This document shows, one piece after another, positions 42,215 through 55,466 of a stretch of 64,000 nucleotides of DNA (positions are counted from its first letter, which is position 1; every line of letters begins with the position of its first letter). The position numbers and the translations under genes are program-made. The stretch is from the human T2T-CHM13v2.0 reference genome, Homo sapiens: NCBI RefSeq assembly GCF_009914755.1, contig NC_060929.1; one strand, written 5' to 3'. The notes below the pieces were generated by a model. It did not search any database. It saw only the letters and a program-made list of their open reading frames with translations, and was not told where the DNA came from.

Positions 42215-42771
42215 AATAATACTTATTGATCTCACAATTTCTGTAGGCCACAAATCTGGCTATAAGTTGAGTGGGTTCTCTGCTTACACAAGACTTTAAT
42301 CAAAACCTCACAAGACCGTGATCAAAGTAATAGCTTAATTGTAAGTCTCCTCTGAGGCTTGCAGCCTTCTTCCAAGATCATTCTAGTTATGACAGAATGC
42401 AGTTATTGTGTCTGTAGGACTGAGTTCTTTGTTTTCTGCTATCTATCAGGCAGCCAGGAACAACTCCCAGCTTCAAGAGGCCACCTGCGATATTTTGCCA
42501 CTTGTTCTCCATAGACAGATTATAGCATGCAAGTTTACTTCTTCAAAGACAGTTAGAGAGAAACTATTGGATTTCTTCTTCAGACTCTTGTATAACATAA
42601 TAATGGGAGTTACCATGTACCATTATTTCCCATGTGCCATAACCCAATCAATGATCACAACCTTATCATATTCACATAATTTGCCTATATTCAGCAGAAG
42701 AGGATAATACAAAGCATGTACTCCAGGGGGATGGGATTCTGGAAGACAATTTTAGAATGCAGACTAAGACA
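42215..42771 (-). mobile_element. MLT1 (D/E-like) MaLR LTR
   Basis: tctcacaatttctgtagg...cttccaagatcatt...cagaatgcagtt...gtaggactgag...ttttagaatgcagactaagaca. Confidence 0.75.
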
Positions 42772-43850
42772 GTAGTCTCCTGATATTTGTTTCTCCATCA
42801 TCATTTATAGCAAAATCAACTAATGTTCTTGTTGAAACATTAATGTCCTGATATATTAATATTCCTGTGTCTTCCCCTTAGAGTATTGATCAAGTTGGAA
42901 TTTGTTGGGTCTCAGGACCCTGACATTTTAACAAGTTACCAACTTTAGGATTAGACATGACAGTTTAAAATATAACTTATTAATTTTAGTAAAATACTCT
43001 CAATCATGCCTATCAAAGTAAATGGAAATTTGGCAGATTTTAGATGAAGAGAAGCATAGCAGGGAAGAGTCATTAGAATTTAAGAATAATTTATGGAATG
43101 GAAAGAAGTATGCTTTCATATTTGTGACATGTTTGTATTTTGCTTTTCTGTAAAATGAAAATGACAGACTTCCTTTGAAATTTTATTTATTTTTATCAGA
43201 ATTATTTATTGTCAGTAGTAGTAGCACTATTATCACTGTTGTTAATCAAAATAAAATGGCAGCCACACAACAGAAACCTGGAAAAGTATCGGCCCCATTG
43301 TTCAGGAACCTTATTCTAAAGCCATTCTAGAGATTTGTTGATATCATTTATAAATAAGCTCATTACTTTCTCTAAGGCAAGTGCTTGGCTAACCATATGA
43401 GGACTCCAATCATAGTAGAAGATTATTTAACTTATTTAAGAATGCAAATTAAATGTGTTTTTGGATGAAGTAAATGATGAATTTTGGATAACTACTGATT
43501 TACATGTGTTTATCATATAATTAAAAGTAACATGTTGTACTGTGTTTTACTATTTTTCTGTTACTTATTTTTTTCAGAAAGTAGAGATAATAATTTTTTG
43601 TTTCCATATTCTTCCTCCCAATTACTGATTAAATAGATCAACAAGGGGAAAAGTGCAATTTAACCACACTTTTTCTCACATTTAATGTTTCCAACTTTGA
43701 TTCTTCAGGAGACCAGAATCTTTATTAATAAGAGACAGTAATCAATTTTAAAATCTCCAAGAAGTTGTGTCAATTTCAAATGAAATTGAGTGCTATGTTG
43801 AACTGGCTTGGATCAATTGCTTTAATAATTAAGTATAATAAAATGCTTGA

Positions 43851-43957
43851 CAATGTGCAATGGCTCATAGCTGTAAACCCAGCACTTTCGAGGCCGGGGA
43901 AGGTGGATGACCTGAGGTGAGACCTGAGGGACAGAATGAGACTCCGTCTCAAAAAAA
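43851..43957 (+). mobile_element. internally deleted Alu (start of left arm fused to end of right arm)
   Basis: tggctcatagctgtaaacccagcacttt...acctgaggt joined to gacagaatgagactccgtctcaaaaaaa; TSD aataaaatg(c/g)ttga at 43837-43850 and 44132-44145. Confidence 0.85.
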
Positions 43958-44131
43958 TATATATGTATATCTATATATAATTTATATATAATATGTATTT
44001 ATAATTTATATATAATATGTATTTATAATTTATATATAATATATATTACATATTTATATATATTATATATTTATAAATTGTATAATATATAATATACAAT
44101 TTAGATATATACACTATATTTATGTATGTAC
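43958..44131. repeat. TA-rich low-complexity/minisatellite expansion of the Alu tail
   Basis: Repeated tataatttatatataatatgtatt units lying inside the Alu TSD. Confidence 0.9.
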
Positions 44132-45234
44132 AATAAAATGGTTGAAAATTTAGTATATTTACGAGAGAGCTATTTTGTGTCAAATAATGTGGAAATGTTA
44201 AATGTGATCTACAATCTTTTTTACATCTTTTTCATAAGTTAAAGAAGTGTTTTGTTAAGCAGCAATAAACAGAAACAGCCTCTCCAGGTACAAGAATAGC
44301 TCAGAGACAGAAGCACATAATTGTACATATTATTATTTACTATAGTGTTTGGTTGCTCCATTCTTAGTTATACTAAAATTAATCATTTCGTTGTAGAGAT
44401 GATTCTGAGATCTCTTTATTGCAAAGATAAGTTTTTCCCTTAGATGTTAGTAAGTAAGCTATGGGACTATTTTGGCACAATATGTATATCAGGGTCTAAT
44501 CAGGGAAGTAGTTTGATAAAATAAATGATTTATTGTAGGAATTAGACAATTCATATTTTGGGAAGAACTGGGGATGTAAGGTCCAGACAAGGAAGGTAGA
44601 AGTTCAAAGAATATTCCCAAACCAGCCTACAGAAATTACTGGTGTATATGAAACATATCTGAAATAGGTTACATACCCCTTTTGCCAAAATTCAGAGAAA
44701 AGGCATTTGTTTCAAAGCACTTATAAGAGCAGTCATATTGAACTTATTTATATTAATTTTGAAATAATGCCTTTCTTTTTAATTGAACTTTATAATACAT
44801 ATGGATGGAGAACATATGTATTATATGTTATATATATGTATTAAATGTTATATATGTATTATATAACAATTTTTTCAAATAATATACCACTAAGTCTTAG
44901 TACAATACTAAGAACTTATACTGTTTGTTGAATAAATTAAAATACTAAATATTTTTAGACTTAGTTTTATAAAAATGTAAAGTGGGAAATAATAAAGTAA
45001 CTTTTAACTTTCAGTATAAGAATTAAGTACAGTAAGAGGATTAAATTGCAATAGTATCTGGCTCATAATAAGTACTGAACATTTTTAAATTACTTAAGAT
45101 CTAATGATTGCTTTTAAGACAGATATTTAATCAATGTGTATTTAATAAATACCATATCACAGAATTGTGCTAAACATTGAAAAAGGAAATCTTTAAAGAC
45201 ATCCAAAGCACATACTCTTACTACCATGCAGAGT

Positions 45235-45460
45235 TGTAAAAACAGCTAAGGTTAAACTTATAGAGACTGAATTTTAAATTCTCCCTCCTTGACTTACTAG
45301 GGGTTTGAACTTCTGTAAACTACTTATACTGTCTAAATTCCAGTGTCCTTTTATTTTATTTTACTTTTTTAATGGTGGTAATAATAATTATTTCCAGGGA
45401 TTATTGTAAGGATTACAATATTATTGACTTAGTGTTTATAAAGCTTTTTGTCAAAGAAAG
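45235..45460 (+). mobile_element. MIR
   Basis: gagactgaattttaaattct...acttactag...cagggattattgtaaggatta. Confidence 0.55.
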
Positions 45461-46399
45461 GCATTAAAAAACATTATTTTATATCCTTTTGAAGGAAAGA
45501 TAAATTTTCAATTAAAATAGACAATGACATTCAATATATTTTATATTGTAATTTTAAGACAGTAATTGGTTGCAAGGGAATTCAAATGTAATGTCCTTAC
45601 TACCCACATAACATTTTTTAAAGTACAAAAAAGCCTGTTTTTCAAATCCTATGCCTATAGACTGAAACTAGCTTAGTAGTCTGAAGCTAAAAGTTGGAGA
45701 ACATTTTTAGTATATAGATAAATCTATTTTATCTACCAAAAATGAGTAAGTAAACTACAATGCATTATATATTACCACCTCAGGAAATAGTTTTCATACT
45801 CACGTTAATTTCAATAAAAAAGTTGAGTACTTGAACCACCGCACAAAACTTTGTATGCAAATGATGACATTTCACAACTCATTCATAAATACCTCTTGAA
45901 GAAGAGTTCATGTATCATGTGAAAGTATATGTCAGTATACAGTTTCATCTAAAGCAAATGGCATTTTCAAAAACTTTTATATCTTTATTTAATGGTTTCT
46001 TCCAGCACTTTAAATATTAATAGATTACCAAATTGAAAGATGTTTGTTCTGACCTTCACATAGCTCCATTTCTCTGGTGGTTTAATGCCTTTTACCAAGC
46101 ACCAGAAGTGCATTAAATAATTTCTAATTTTTCTGATTCCATGTTGTGTTTGTCAAAAGACAAATGATAAATTCATTGATAGGTACAAATTCAAATAAAA
46201 ACACACAATAAAATACTTTCTATTTTCTTCTGGCACCTTATTACCCTTCAACAGAAATACATCTAGATATTACAAATCCAAACTGTTTTTCTGAGCAAGT
46301 TTTGTTTAGTTATTAGGTATTTAGTGGGGAAAAATAAAAATATATATCTTATTATTTGTGTCTATATTTTGAAAACGAAAACAATAAACACAAAATATC

Positions 46400-46915
46400 G
46401 ATTTGGAAACAGCGGTTTGGCAGATATGAAAGTGTATATAAGGGATTATTGAAGTATACTCTACAAAGCTATACTTCTAAAACAAACCAATAGTTCATAG
46501 TCTCGGAAACATTTTTAATTAGGGAGAACATAGAGGATGTGCTCCCAGAAAATAAGAAAAATACAAAAGAAGGGATGGATATGTTAACAGGCTAAAAAAG
46601 GTCTAGCAGAGTAGTCACGGGGAGTGCTGGGAAGATAGATTTTCACTCAACTCTGGGATTCAAGAGTTCAGATAAAAGCAGAGAGTGGTAGGGCTGTGAG
46701 GAGAAAGTTTGGTTTTCTAAAAGAAAAACAAATCATGTGAAGTAAATTTTCAAGTAATCTATGGGAGCATAGTATAAAAATTAATATAGGAATCAACATA
46801 CAAAAAACTAAGAAATATGGAAAATGCAAGGTAAGTATTGACTTCAGCAAAATAAAGTGTAAGAGGAAGGAAAGTTAATAATAGAGTAATACTTGGCTCA
46901 GCAGTGAACAAATGC
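46400..46915 (+). mobile_element. HAL1-like fragment
   Basis: gaggatgtgctcc..aaaa and tacttggctcagcagtgaaca are recalled HAL1 motifs. Confidence 0.6.
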
Positions 46916-46929
46916 TTACCTAATCAGAG

Positions 46930-47130
46930 GGAGTGTGTCACAGTACATAACACAGTTGTAGAACTAGACTCTTTGGGGTTAAATATCAGCTCTGCAACTT
47001 GTAAGTTGAGTGACCTTGGACATATTATCTGTGCCTTGGATTTCTTATCTGTACATTTATAGCATCTTTATCATTAAGTGAGCTGATACATACAACATGC
47101 TTAGAACAGTACTGGCACATGATAAAAAGG
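46930..47130 (+). mobile_element. MIR
   Basis: cagctctgcaactt...gtgaccttgg...tctgtgcctt..tttcttatctgta...tgcttagaacagtactggcacat. Confidence 0.8.
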
Positions 47131-47175
47131 GCTTTTGTTTGTTTGTTCATTTATTTATTGGTAATGATACCTATT

Positions 47176-47558
47176 TGTATGAGTCCATTCTCACACTGCT
47201 ATAATGAACTATCTGAGACTGGGTAATCTATGAAGAAAAGATGTTTAATTGAGTCACCGTTCCACAGGCTTAACAGGAAGCATGACTGGAAGCCTCAGGA
47301 ATCTTACAATCATGGTGGAAGATGGAGAGGAAGCAGGAACATCTTCAGACGTTGGATCAGGAGAGAAAGAGAGCAAACTGCGAAGTGCCACACACTTATA
47401 AGCCATCAGATCTGGTGAGAACTCACTCACTATCAGGAGAACAGCAAGGGGGAAATCTGCCCCCATGATCCAATCACATCCCACCAGGCCACACCCCTGA
47501 CAGGGTGAAAACAATTGTACACGAGATTTTGCTGGGGACACAGAACCAAACCATATCA
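47176..47558 (-). mobile_element. MST (MSTA-like) MaLR solo LTR
   Basis: tgtatgagtccattctcacactgctata...caggaagcatg...ccaaaccatatca; perfect TSD ctatt (47171-47175, 47559-47563). Confidence 0.93.
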
Positions 47559-47561
47559 CTA

Positions 47562-47641
47562 TTGAATTGGCTAAATTCATGATACACGGCATAACTACAT
47601 TTTGAATTGGCTAAATTCATGATACACGGCATAACTACATT
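47562..47641. repeat. perfect 40-bp tandem duplication
   Basis: ttgaattggctaaattcatgatacacggcataactacatt occurs twice, head to tail. Confidence 0.95.
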
Positions 47642-48361
47642 ATCCAAATTCAATTTGAGATCCCTTCTAGTCCAGTTTTTACTTTTTGTTCCTGTTCTAT
47701 TGCCTTGTATTCCTATAGTCCTGACTATTTTTATTGATTACAGAATACTGTATTTTAAAAAAGGAGAAAAATTTATCCCAGGATCATGCTGTCTTCTGCA
47801 GAGAACATTTCTCATTAATTTTGACCGGAGATAAGAGACGTTAGCAATCCCTGATAACTTTAATCCAATTAAGACATTGAGGACCTGGCTTCAGTCCCCG
47901 TGAAGCCTTTGCTATTTCCAGTTATGTTTATCCTACAGGGTATCATTTAGAGTCCCAATCTGAAAATATGTAGTGTATACTAGGGACCCACTTTTCAAAG
48001 ATTTGTGATATACTCCAAAGCTCTACTCCTGGACTCAGTTTATCAGCTACCGCTTCCTCTAATGGATAGATGTTCCCTGAAATAAACTACCCATATGACT
48101 GGGCTAATTTCTTTGTAATTCCTTCTCACAAGAGATTTTGGCCCCATTATTTACTGCTACTTTTGAAGTTAATTTCAGTTGGTTTCTTTTCCTGCATTTC
48201 CTAGTTCTCCATACCTAGAATTAAGCCATTTGAGGTGGATTTTCAATCAAGCAAAAGGTATGAAATATAAACAGAATGACAAATCTTTTTTCAATATTTC
48301 ATTGGTTACCCAGGGCTTCAGTAAAAAATTATCACAAACTTGTTGGCTTAAAACAACAGAG

Positions 48362-48680
48362 AATTCAAGATAATGAGAAGATATACCAGAGATTGGGAAA
48401 CAATACTTGTAGAAGACATATGTGATAAAAGACTGTTATCTAAAATAAACAAACAAAAAAAACACTTAAAACTCAACAGTAAGAAAAACGGCAACCCTAT
48501 TTCAAAACATAAAATGTTGAGCAGACATCTCGCCAAAGAATATATATAAATGGCAAATAAGTATATGAAAATATGTTCAACATTATATGTCATCAGATAA
48601 TTACAAATTAAAACAACAATGAGATGCCACTACCCATCTATTAGAATGACTAAAATCCAAAATACCGGCAAACACCAAAT
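48362..48680 (+). mobile_element. L1M (L1MC/MD-like) ORF2 3' fragment, preceded by a short MLT1-like end at about 48300-48360
   Basis: tgataaaagactgttatctaaaata...aaaactcaacagtaagaaaa...aaattaaaacaacaatgagat. Confidence 0.8.
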
Positions 48681-48878
48681 CCACCTTTGCCCATACACCT
48701 TTATCTAAACAAGGTCACTGTATTATTCTGTTCTCACACTGCTAATAAAGCCATACTCAAGACTGGGTAATTTATAAAGAAAAAGAAGTTTAACGAACTC
48801 ACAGTTTCACATGGCTGCGGAGGCCTCACAATCATGGCAGAAGGAGAAGGAGGAGAAAAGGCACTTCTTACCTGGTGC

Positions 48879-50146
48879 TGTGTCCGGAATTGGTGGGTTC
48901 TTGGTCTCACTGACTTCAAGAATGAAGCCGCGGACCCTCGCGGCGAGTGTTGCAGCTCTTAAGGTGGCGCGTCTGGAGTTGTTCGTTCCTCCCGGTGGGC
49001 TCGTGGTCTCCCTGGCTTCAGGAGTGAAGCTGCAGACTTTTGCGGTGAGTGTTACAGCTCATAAAAGCAGTGTGGACCCAAAGAGTGAAATAACAAAGCT
49101 TCCACAGTGTGGAAGGGGACCCGAGCGTGTTGCCACTGCTGGCTCCCGTAGCCTGCGTTTAGTCTCTTATCTGGCCCCACCCATATCCTGCTGATTGGTA
49201 GAGCCCAGTGGTCTGTTTTGACAGGGCGCTGATTGGTGCCTTTACAATCCCTGAGCTAGATACAAAGGTTCTCCACGTCCCCATCAGATTAGTTAGATAC
49301 AGAGTATAGACATAAAGGTTCTCCAAGGCCCCACCAGAGCAGCTAGATACAGAGTGTTGATTGGTGCACTCACAAACCCTGAGCTAGACACAGGGTACTG
49401 ATTGGTGTGTTTACAAACCTTGAGCTAGATACAGAGTGCTGATTGGTGTAGTTATAATCCCTGAGCTAGACATAAAGGTTCTCCACCTCCCCACCAGACT
49501 CAGGAACCCAGCTGGCTTCACTCAGTGGATCCCGCACCGGGGCTGCAGGTGGAGCTGCCTGCCAGTCCCGCGCCGTGCACCCACACTCCTCAGCCCTTAG
49601 GTGGTCTATGGGACTGGGCGCCGTGGAGCAGGGGGTGACACTCGTCGGGGAGGCTCGGGCCACACAGGAGCCCATGGAGGGGGTGGGAGGCTCAGGCATG
49701 GCGGGCTGCAGGTCCCAAGCCCTGCCCTGCGGGAAGGCAGCTAAGGCCCAGTGAGAAATCGAGTGCAGCGCCGGTGGGCTGGCACTGCTGGGGGACCCAG
49801 TACACCCTCTGCAGCCGCTGGCCTGGGTGCTAAGCCCCTCATTGCCCGGGGCCGGCAGGGTCGGCCGGCTGCTCCGAGCCCAGGGCCCGCCAAGCCCACG
49901 CCCACCCGGAACTCCAGCTGGCCGGCAAGCGCCGCGCAGCCCGGGTTCCCGCTCATGCCTCTCCCTCCACACCTCCCTGCAAGCTGAGGGAGCTGGCTCC
50001 GGCCTTGGCCAGTCCAGAAAGGGGCTCCCACAGTGCAGCGGTGGGCTGAAGGCCTCCTCAAGTGCCACCAAAGTGGGAGCCCAGGCAGAGGAGTCGCCGA
50101 GAGCGAGCGAGGGCTGTGAGGACTGCCAGCATGCTGTCACCTCTCA
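48879..50146 (-). mobile_element. LTR12C (ERV9) solo LTR
   Basis: Reverse complement starts tgagaggtgacagcatgctggcagtcc and ends ccaattccggacaca; GC/CpG-rich U3; tandem gattggtg / gagctaga repeats; 4-bp TSD gtgc. Confidence 0.96.
49160..49480 (-). promoter_or_regulatory. LTR12 enhancer repeats: five CCAAT (NF-Y) boxes plus a GATA site
   Basis: gattgg near 49193, 49231, 49359, 49400 and 49441 (CCAAT on the minus strand); cttatct near 49166. Activity is inferred from family knowledge only. Confidence 0.6.
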
Positions 50147-51369
50147 GTGCCAAGCAAGAGAGTGTGTGTAGGGGAACTGCTCTTTATAAAACCATCAGAT
50201 CTTGTGAGACCTATTCAGTGCCACACGAACAGCATGGGAAACACCCACCCCCATGATTTAATTACTTCACACCAGGTCCTTCTGGATACATGGGGATTAT
50301 GGGAGCTATAAGTCAAGATTTGGGGGGACACAGCCAAACCATATCAGTCACATTCATACTTTCTTTGGGTTTAATATGAACTTATTTTTTGAGGATGTCA
50401 CCATTTGATTCACCACAAATATGTTGAAACTTTTGAAGCAGTCTTATGTATTAAAATATTTTGAGGAATATGGTGTCTTAGTACTTAAAATCAAGAAATG
50501 AAGCTTAACCAGAGTACTAATCAAAGGGTTTTCATTACATTAAAAATGAAGAGTTTTTTTAATAAAAATGGAAAACTTAATAAACGTAGTTCTCTTCTTC
50601 TTTTCTTTAGGTACAATCAGTACTTAGTTTTCTATATACAGGAAAAATTTCTGAATATGTCAAAAGCTTAGCTGTAAAAAACTAGGGCACAGTAAATTAA
50701 ATGCATATTTGTAATTTCTTTGTCATTTGTTCTTCATAATGTGATCTTTATTCGCAGATACTTTTTGAGTATTTATTATGTTGTTTTAAAATGTCAAAAG
50801 GAAAGTAACGTTGTCCCATAATGAACATGTATTAACCTATCAGTGCTTCCTAAATAATTGTCTTATCTATTTTCTTTCTGAAACGGAGTCTCTGAAGAAA
50901 ATTCAGCTCCCCTGCTGGTTCACTCCAGGCTCCTATTTACCAATATTTGACACATGTTGAAAATGGAGAGTAATAGGTTACAATTATGCTCTAGCTGTCT
51001 CTATGAGTAGGAGGGTAGCTTATACAAAGTCATAATTTTCAAGCATATCCAAAAATGATTTTGCAAAATCGAATTTTAAAATATAACAATAGAAATGTAC
51101 TAAAGCATATCAGTATTCTTAAGAAAAGTACTGTATGGCCAATCTAAGTCAGAAAAAGTTCTGAAGAATTTATATTGCCAAACTTTATGCATTTATTTAA
51201 GAGGAATTCATAACTGCTTTGAAGCAAAATTTCATTTAGAAAAGCTATATTTTCCTTCTTAACAACCTGGCATTTTGCAAATTCGAAAGCAATTCAAATC
51301 ATTTAAAACATTTTAAGGTTGGTATTTGTTTTGCAGCAATGTTCATCTGCACTCAGAGTGACCCATTTT

Positions 51370-52130
<761 letters not shown>

Positions 52131-53129
52131 CGTTGCATCCTGTAATCTCTCCAGGCAGTAAATTGGGTGCTGCTAGAGTTTATCCCATTCATTTTCATTT
52201 TCCTCCGCCCAGGAATTACTATCCTTGGGTGTGTGTGTCGGGCAGGGTCGGGGGGTGGAGTTCTAGTTGTTTAAGTTTGGATGGTAAATCTAACCCCTTT
52301 TATTCCATCATTGCCAGAAATCTTTGCCAATGAGGATTTCTACTTAAATTCTGACATACATAAGATTACTTTTCTTTTTTAAGAAAAGTGATGAGCATTT
52401 TAAAACAAAAGTCTATGTGCCCTATGACAACAACTTTCTTTTACTTATTTCCTTTAACTATCTAAGGTCAACTCGGATGAAGCAAGATAAAAAAAAATCT
52501 GTGAAAGATACATGCTACCTATTAAATGTTACCTAGCCAGGGATTGAAAAGTTTTACTTCCAGCCTGCACATCTAATGATCTCTGCTCATAGATGTTTTG
52601 CTCCAGTCTTCAGCAGAGGTAGGAAACATCTTATATGTAGTAGCTGTGATTACCAATAAGCTTAGTGTGCTTTGGAGAGATAGAAATACTGAACTTTCAC
52701 CTTGGTCTGGTCAGCTAGTTTTATATGCTAATTGAAGAGCTGGGTGCTACTGACATGCCTTTTTTCCAATTCACTTTCAGTTGTGTCAGACTTATTCTGA
52801 ATATTTTAAACCACTAAAACAAATTATTATATCATTGGTCATATACATTATATAGCATTTTATCAATACACTCTGGAACACTCCAACACTTTCCAAAATT
52901 TGACAGCTTTAGAGTACATAAAAGGTTTGTTTCCTTTGAGAGAGGTAGCCATATGCCTATTTGTAGTGTGGTAAAGGAAAGCATAATATTAATTGTATTT
53001 GAGAAAAACATGTTTACAATAAAATACATTTTATTTGTGAGAAAGACTTTACCTCACTTCGGTACACACACACAAAATACACAACTGTATAGTTACTTGT
53101 CTGTAGAATTAGGATCTTTAACAAAATTG

Positions 53130-55383
53130 CTTTTCACAGATCACAGTATGAAGCAATGTGATAGAACTTAAAGGAGTAATAATCCACAATTACAGTTGAA
53201 AATTTCAATGCATCATTCTGAGTTATTGATATTAAAAGTAAACATAAAATAGGCAAAAAATAGAAAATTTGAACACTATCAACCATCTTAACCTAGTAGA
53301 CTTTCATTAAACATTTTGCCTAAGAATAGCAGAATACAAATTTTGCAATAAATACACATAAAATGTTTAACAACATAGAGCATACTATGAGCCATAAACA
53401 AATTTCCATAAATGTAAAAATACTAAAATTATAATATTAAAAGGTATATTTCTAGGTGATGGCAGGTATAAATTAGAGATTCAGAACAAAAATATAAGAA
53501 GTTTCAAGAGAAATTAGGTACATTTTAAACTAAATAAAAAAGGAAACAAAAGGTATCAAAATATCTGGAATGCAGCTAAAGCAGTGTATGAGGGAGAAAA
53601 TGAGAGCATTAAATGTGTATATTAGAAAAAAGATAAGTATCTAATAAATATTCTAAGTTTCTATTAAGAAACAAAGAAAAGAATATTTTAAAGAGAAGGA
53701 AGAAAATAATATAGAGCAAATGTCAATAATTTTACAACAGAAAAAAATAGAGTAAATTAAGAAAATCAACAGCTGGTCTTTGAAATGATAAATAAAATGA
53801 ATAGACTTCTAACCAGACCATCCAAGAAAAAAAAGGGGAAAAGCAAAAAGTTAACTGTATTAAGAATAATATAAGGAATACTTTTTCACATCCTACAAAT
53901 TGCAAAATCACAAGTATATATTGTGAACAATTTTATGCCAATAAATTGAAAAAAATAGTGAAATGGAAAAATAGCGTGAAAGAAACTAACCTCCACATTT
54001 CATTCAAGAAGAAATATATAACATGAATAACCATATATCCATGAAATCATATTCACAATTAAAAATCTTTAGTAACGACGACTGTAACAACAAAAACTTC
54101 AGGCTCAAATGGTTTTGCTGATATATTACCAAATATTTAAAGAAGAAAGGGTACAGCTGTTCACAATTTGATCAGAAAGATAACATGAGATATTCTCCGA
54201 TACCAGGATTACACCGACCTGAAAAACAGACTTCTCAAGAAAACTACTGACTAATATTTCTGATCAATACAGATACAAAAATTTTTAATTCATTTTTAGA
54301 ATATGAAGGATGGCTCTACATAAAAAAGGATAATGAATCATGACCACTGGAGTTTATTCAAATAACACAAGATTTATTAATTGAAAGTCAGGCAATGTAA
54401 TTAGTCATATTAGGAAAACATATATGTTTTATCTCTTTTCATTACAAAATACAAAAGAACATGATCATCTTAATAAATGAAGAACAAGCATTTGACAATA
54501 TTCAACATTCATTCATTAGGATAGTCCATAGCAAAGTATGAATAGAAGGAAACCTTTTTATGCCTCATGAAAATAATCTAAAAAATTTAGCTCCTAACGC
54601 CATAGTTAATGGTAATTATTGAATGCTTTCACCCTAAGATTGGGGAAAAATTTTGAGGATATTCATTACTACTGCAATATTGTACTGAAATCACTAGGCA
54701 GTGAAATAAAGCAATTAAAAAAGAAATTACTCATATCACAAAGAAAAATTAAAATGGTCTCTATTTATATAATTCATGAACATCCATATAGAAAATTCCA
54801 AGGAAAATATAAAACATATGTGAGGTATATCATGTCACAGGATACAAGATCAACGTACAGTGAAGGTCAGTTTTAACTCCGTATATTAGCATTGAATAAT
54901 CTAACAATAAAATTATAAAAGTATCCAAAATAGCATCAAAAGAATAAAACATAAATACATTTAACAAAAGAAGTCTATGCATTGTATAATGAAAACTATA
55001 AGTATTGGTAAAAAGAAATTTAAAATCTAGCAAAATGGAGAAATACTCCATGTGAATTGATTAGAAAATGATATTATTAAGAAGTCAAATGTCTCCAAAT
55101 TGATGTGTATTTTCAATGTAACCTTATTCAAAATCCCAGGTGTGTGTGTGTGTATGTGTGTGTATGTGTGTGTGTGTGTACATGTGCAATCAAGTGTATG
55201 CATGTGCATGTATGCATATGTTTAAAAAATCAAAATATAATTTTAAAGTTTATATGTGATTCAAAGGCCTAGAATAGCAAGAAGAATTTTGAAAAAGAAC
55301 AAATTTGAGAGGAACACATTTTGAAGGCTGACACTATCTGACTTAAGGATTACTGTAGAACCTGAATAATCAAGATACTGGCA
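53130..55383 (+). mobile_element. old L1M ORF2 segment
   Basis: A-rich sense L1: ctggaatgcagctaaagcagtg, aagcatttgacaatattcaaca, gaatgctttcaccctaagat, caaaggcctagaatagc. Confidence 0.85.
55140..55220. repeat. (TG)n / alternating purine-pyrimidine microsatellite
   Basis: gtgtgtgtgtgtgtatgtgtgtgtatgtgtgtgtgtgtgtacatgtgc... Confidence 0.9.
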
Positions 55384-55466
55384 TTTTTTTTCTTTATTTT
55401 ATTATTATTATACTTTAAGTTTTAGGGTACATGTGCACAACGTGCAGGTTTGTTACATATGTATAT
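55384..55466 (-). mobile_element. 83-bp young L1PA 3' end
   Basis: T tail then tactttaagttttagggtacatgtgcacaacgtgcaggtttgttacatatgtata. Confidence 0.92.

Larger units (their letters stand above)
48719..50346 (-). mobile_element. THE1 (C/D-like) solo LTR split by LTR12C
   Basis: tgtattattctgttctcacactgctaataaag...cagccaaaccatatca; perfect TSD gtcac (48714-48718, 50347-50351). Confidence 0.93.

Noticed and set aside
49190-49480. Regularly spaced repeats resembling a CRISPR array
   Set aside because: These are the known tandem enhancer repeats of ERV9 LTR12; the intervening sequences are themselves repeated.
49466-50140. 224-aa ORF, the longest in the window, and overlapping ORFs
   Set aside because: They lie entirely in the GC-rich U3 of LTR12C, where stop codons are scarce; ORFs occur in several frames on both strands.
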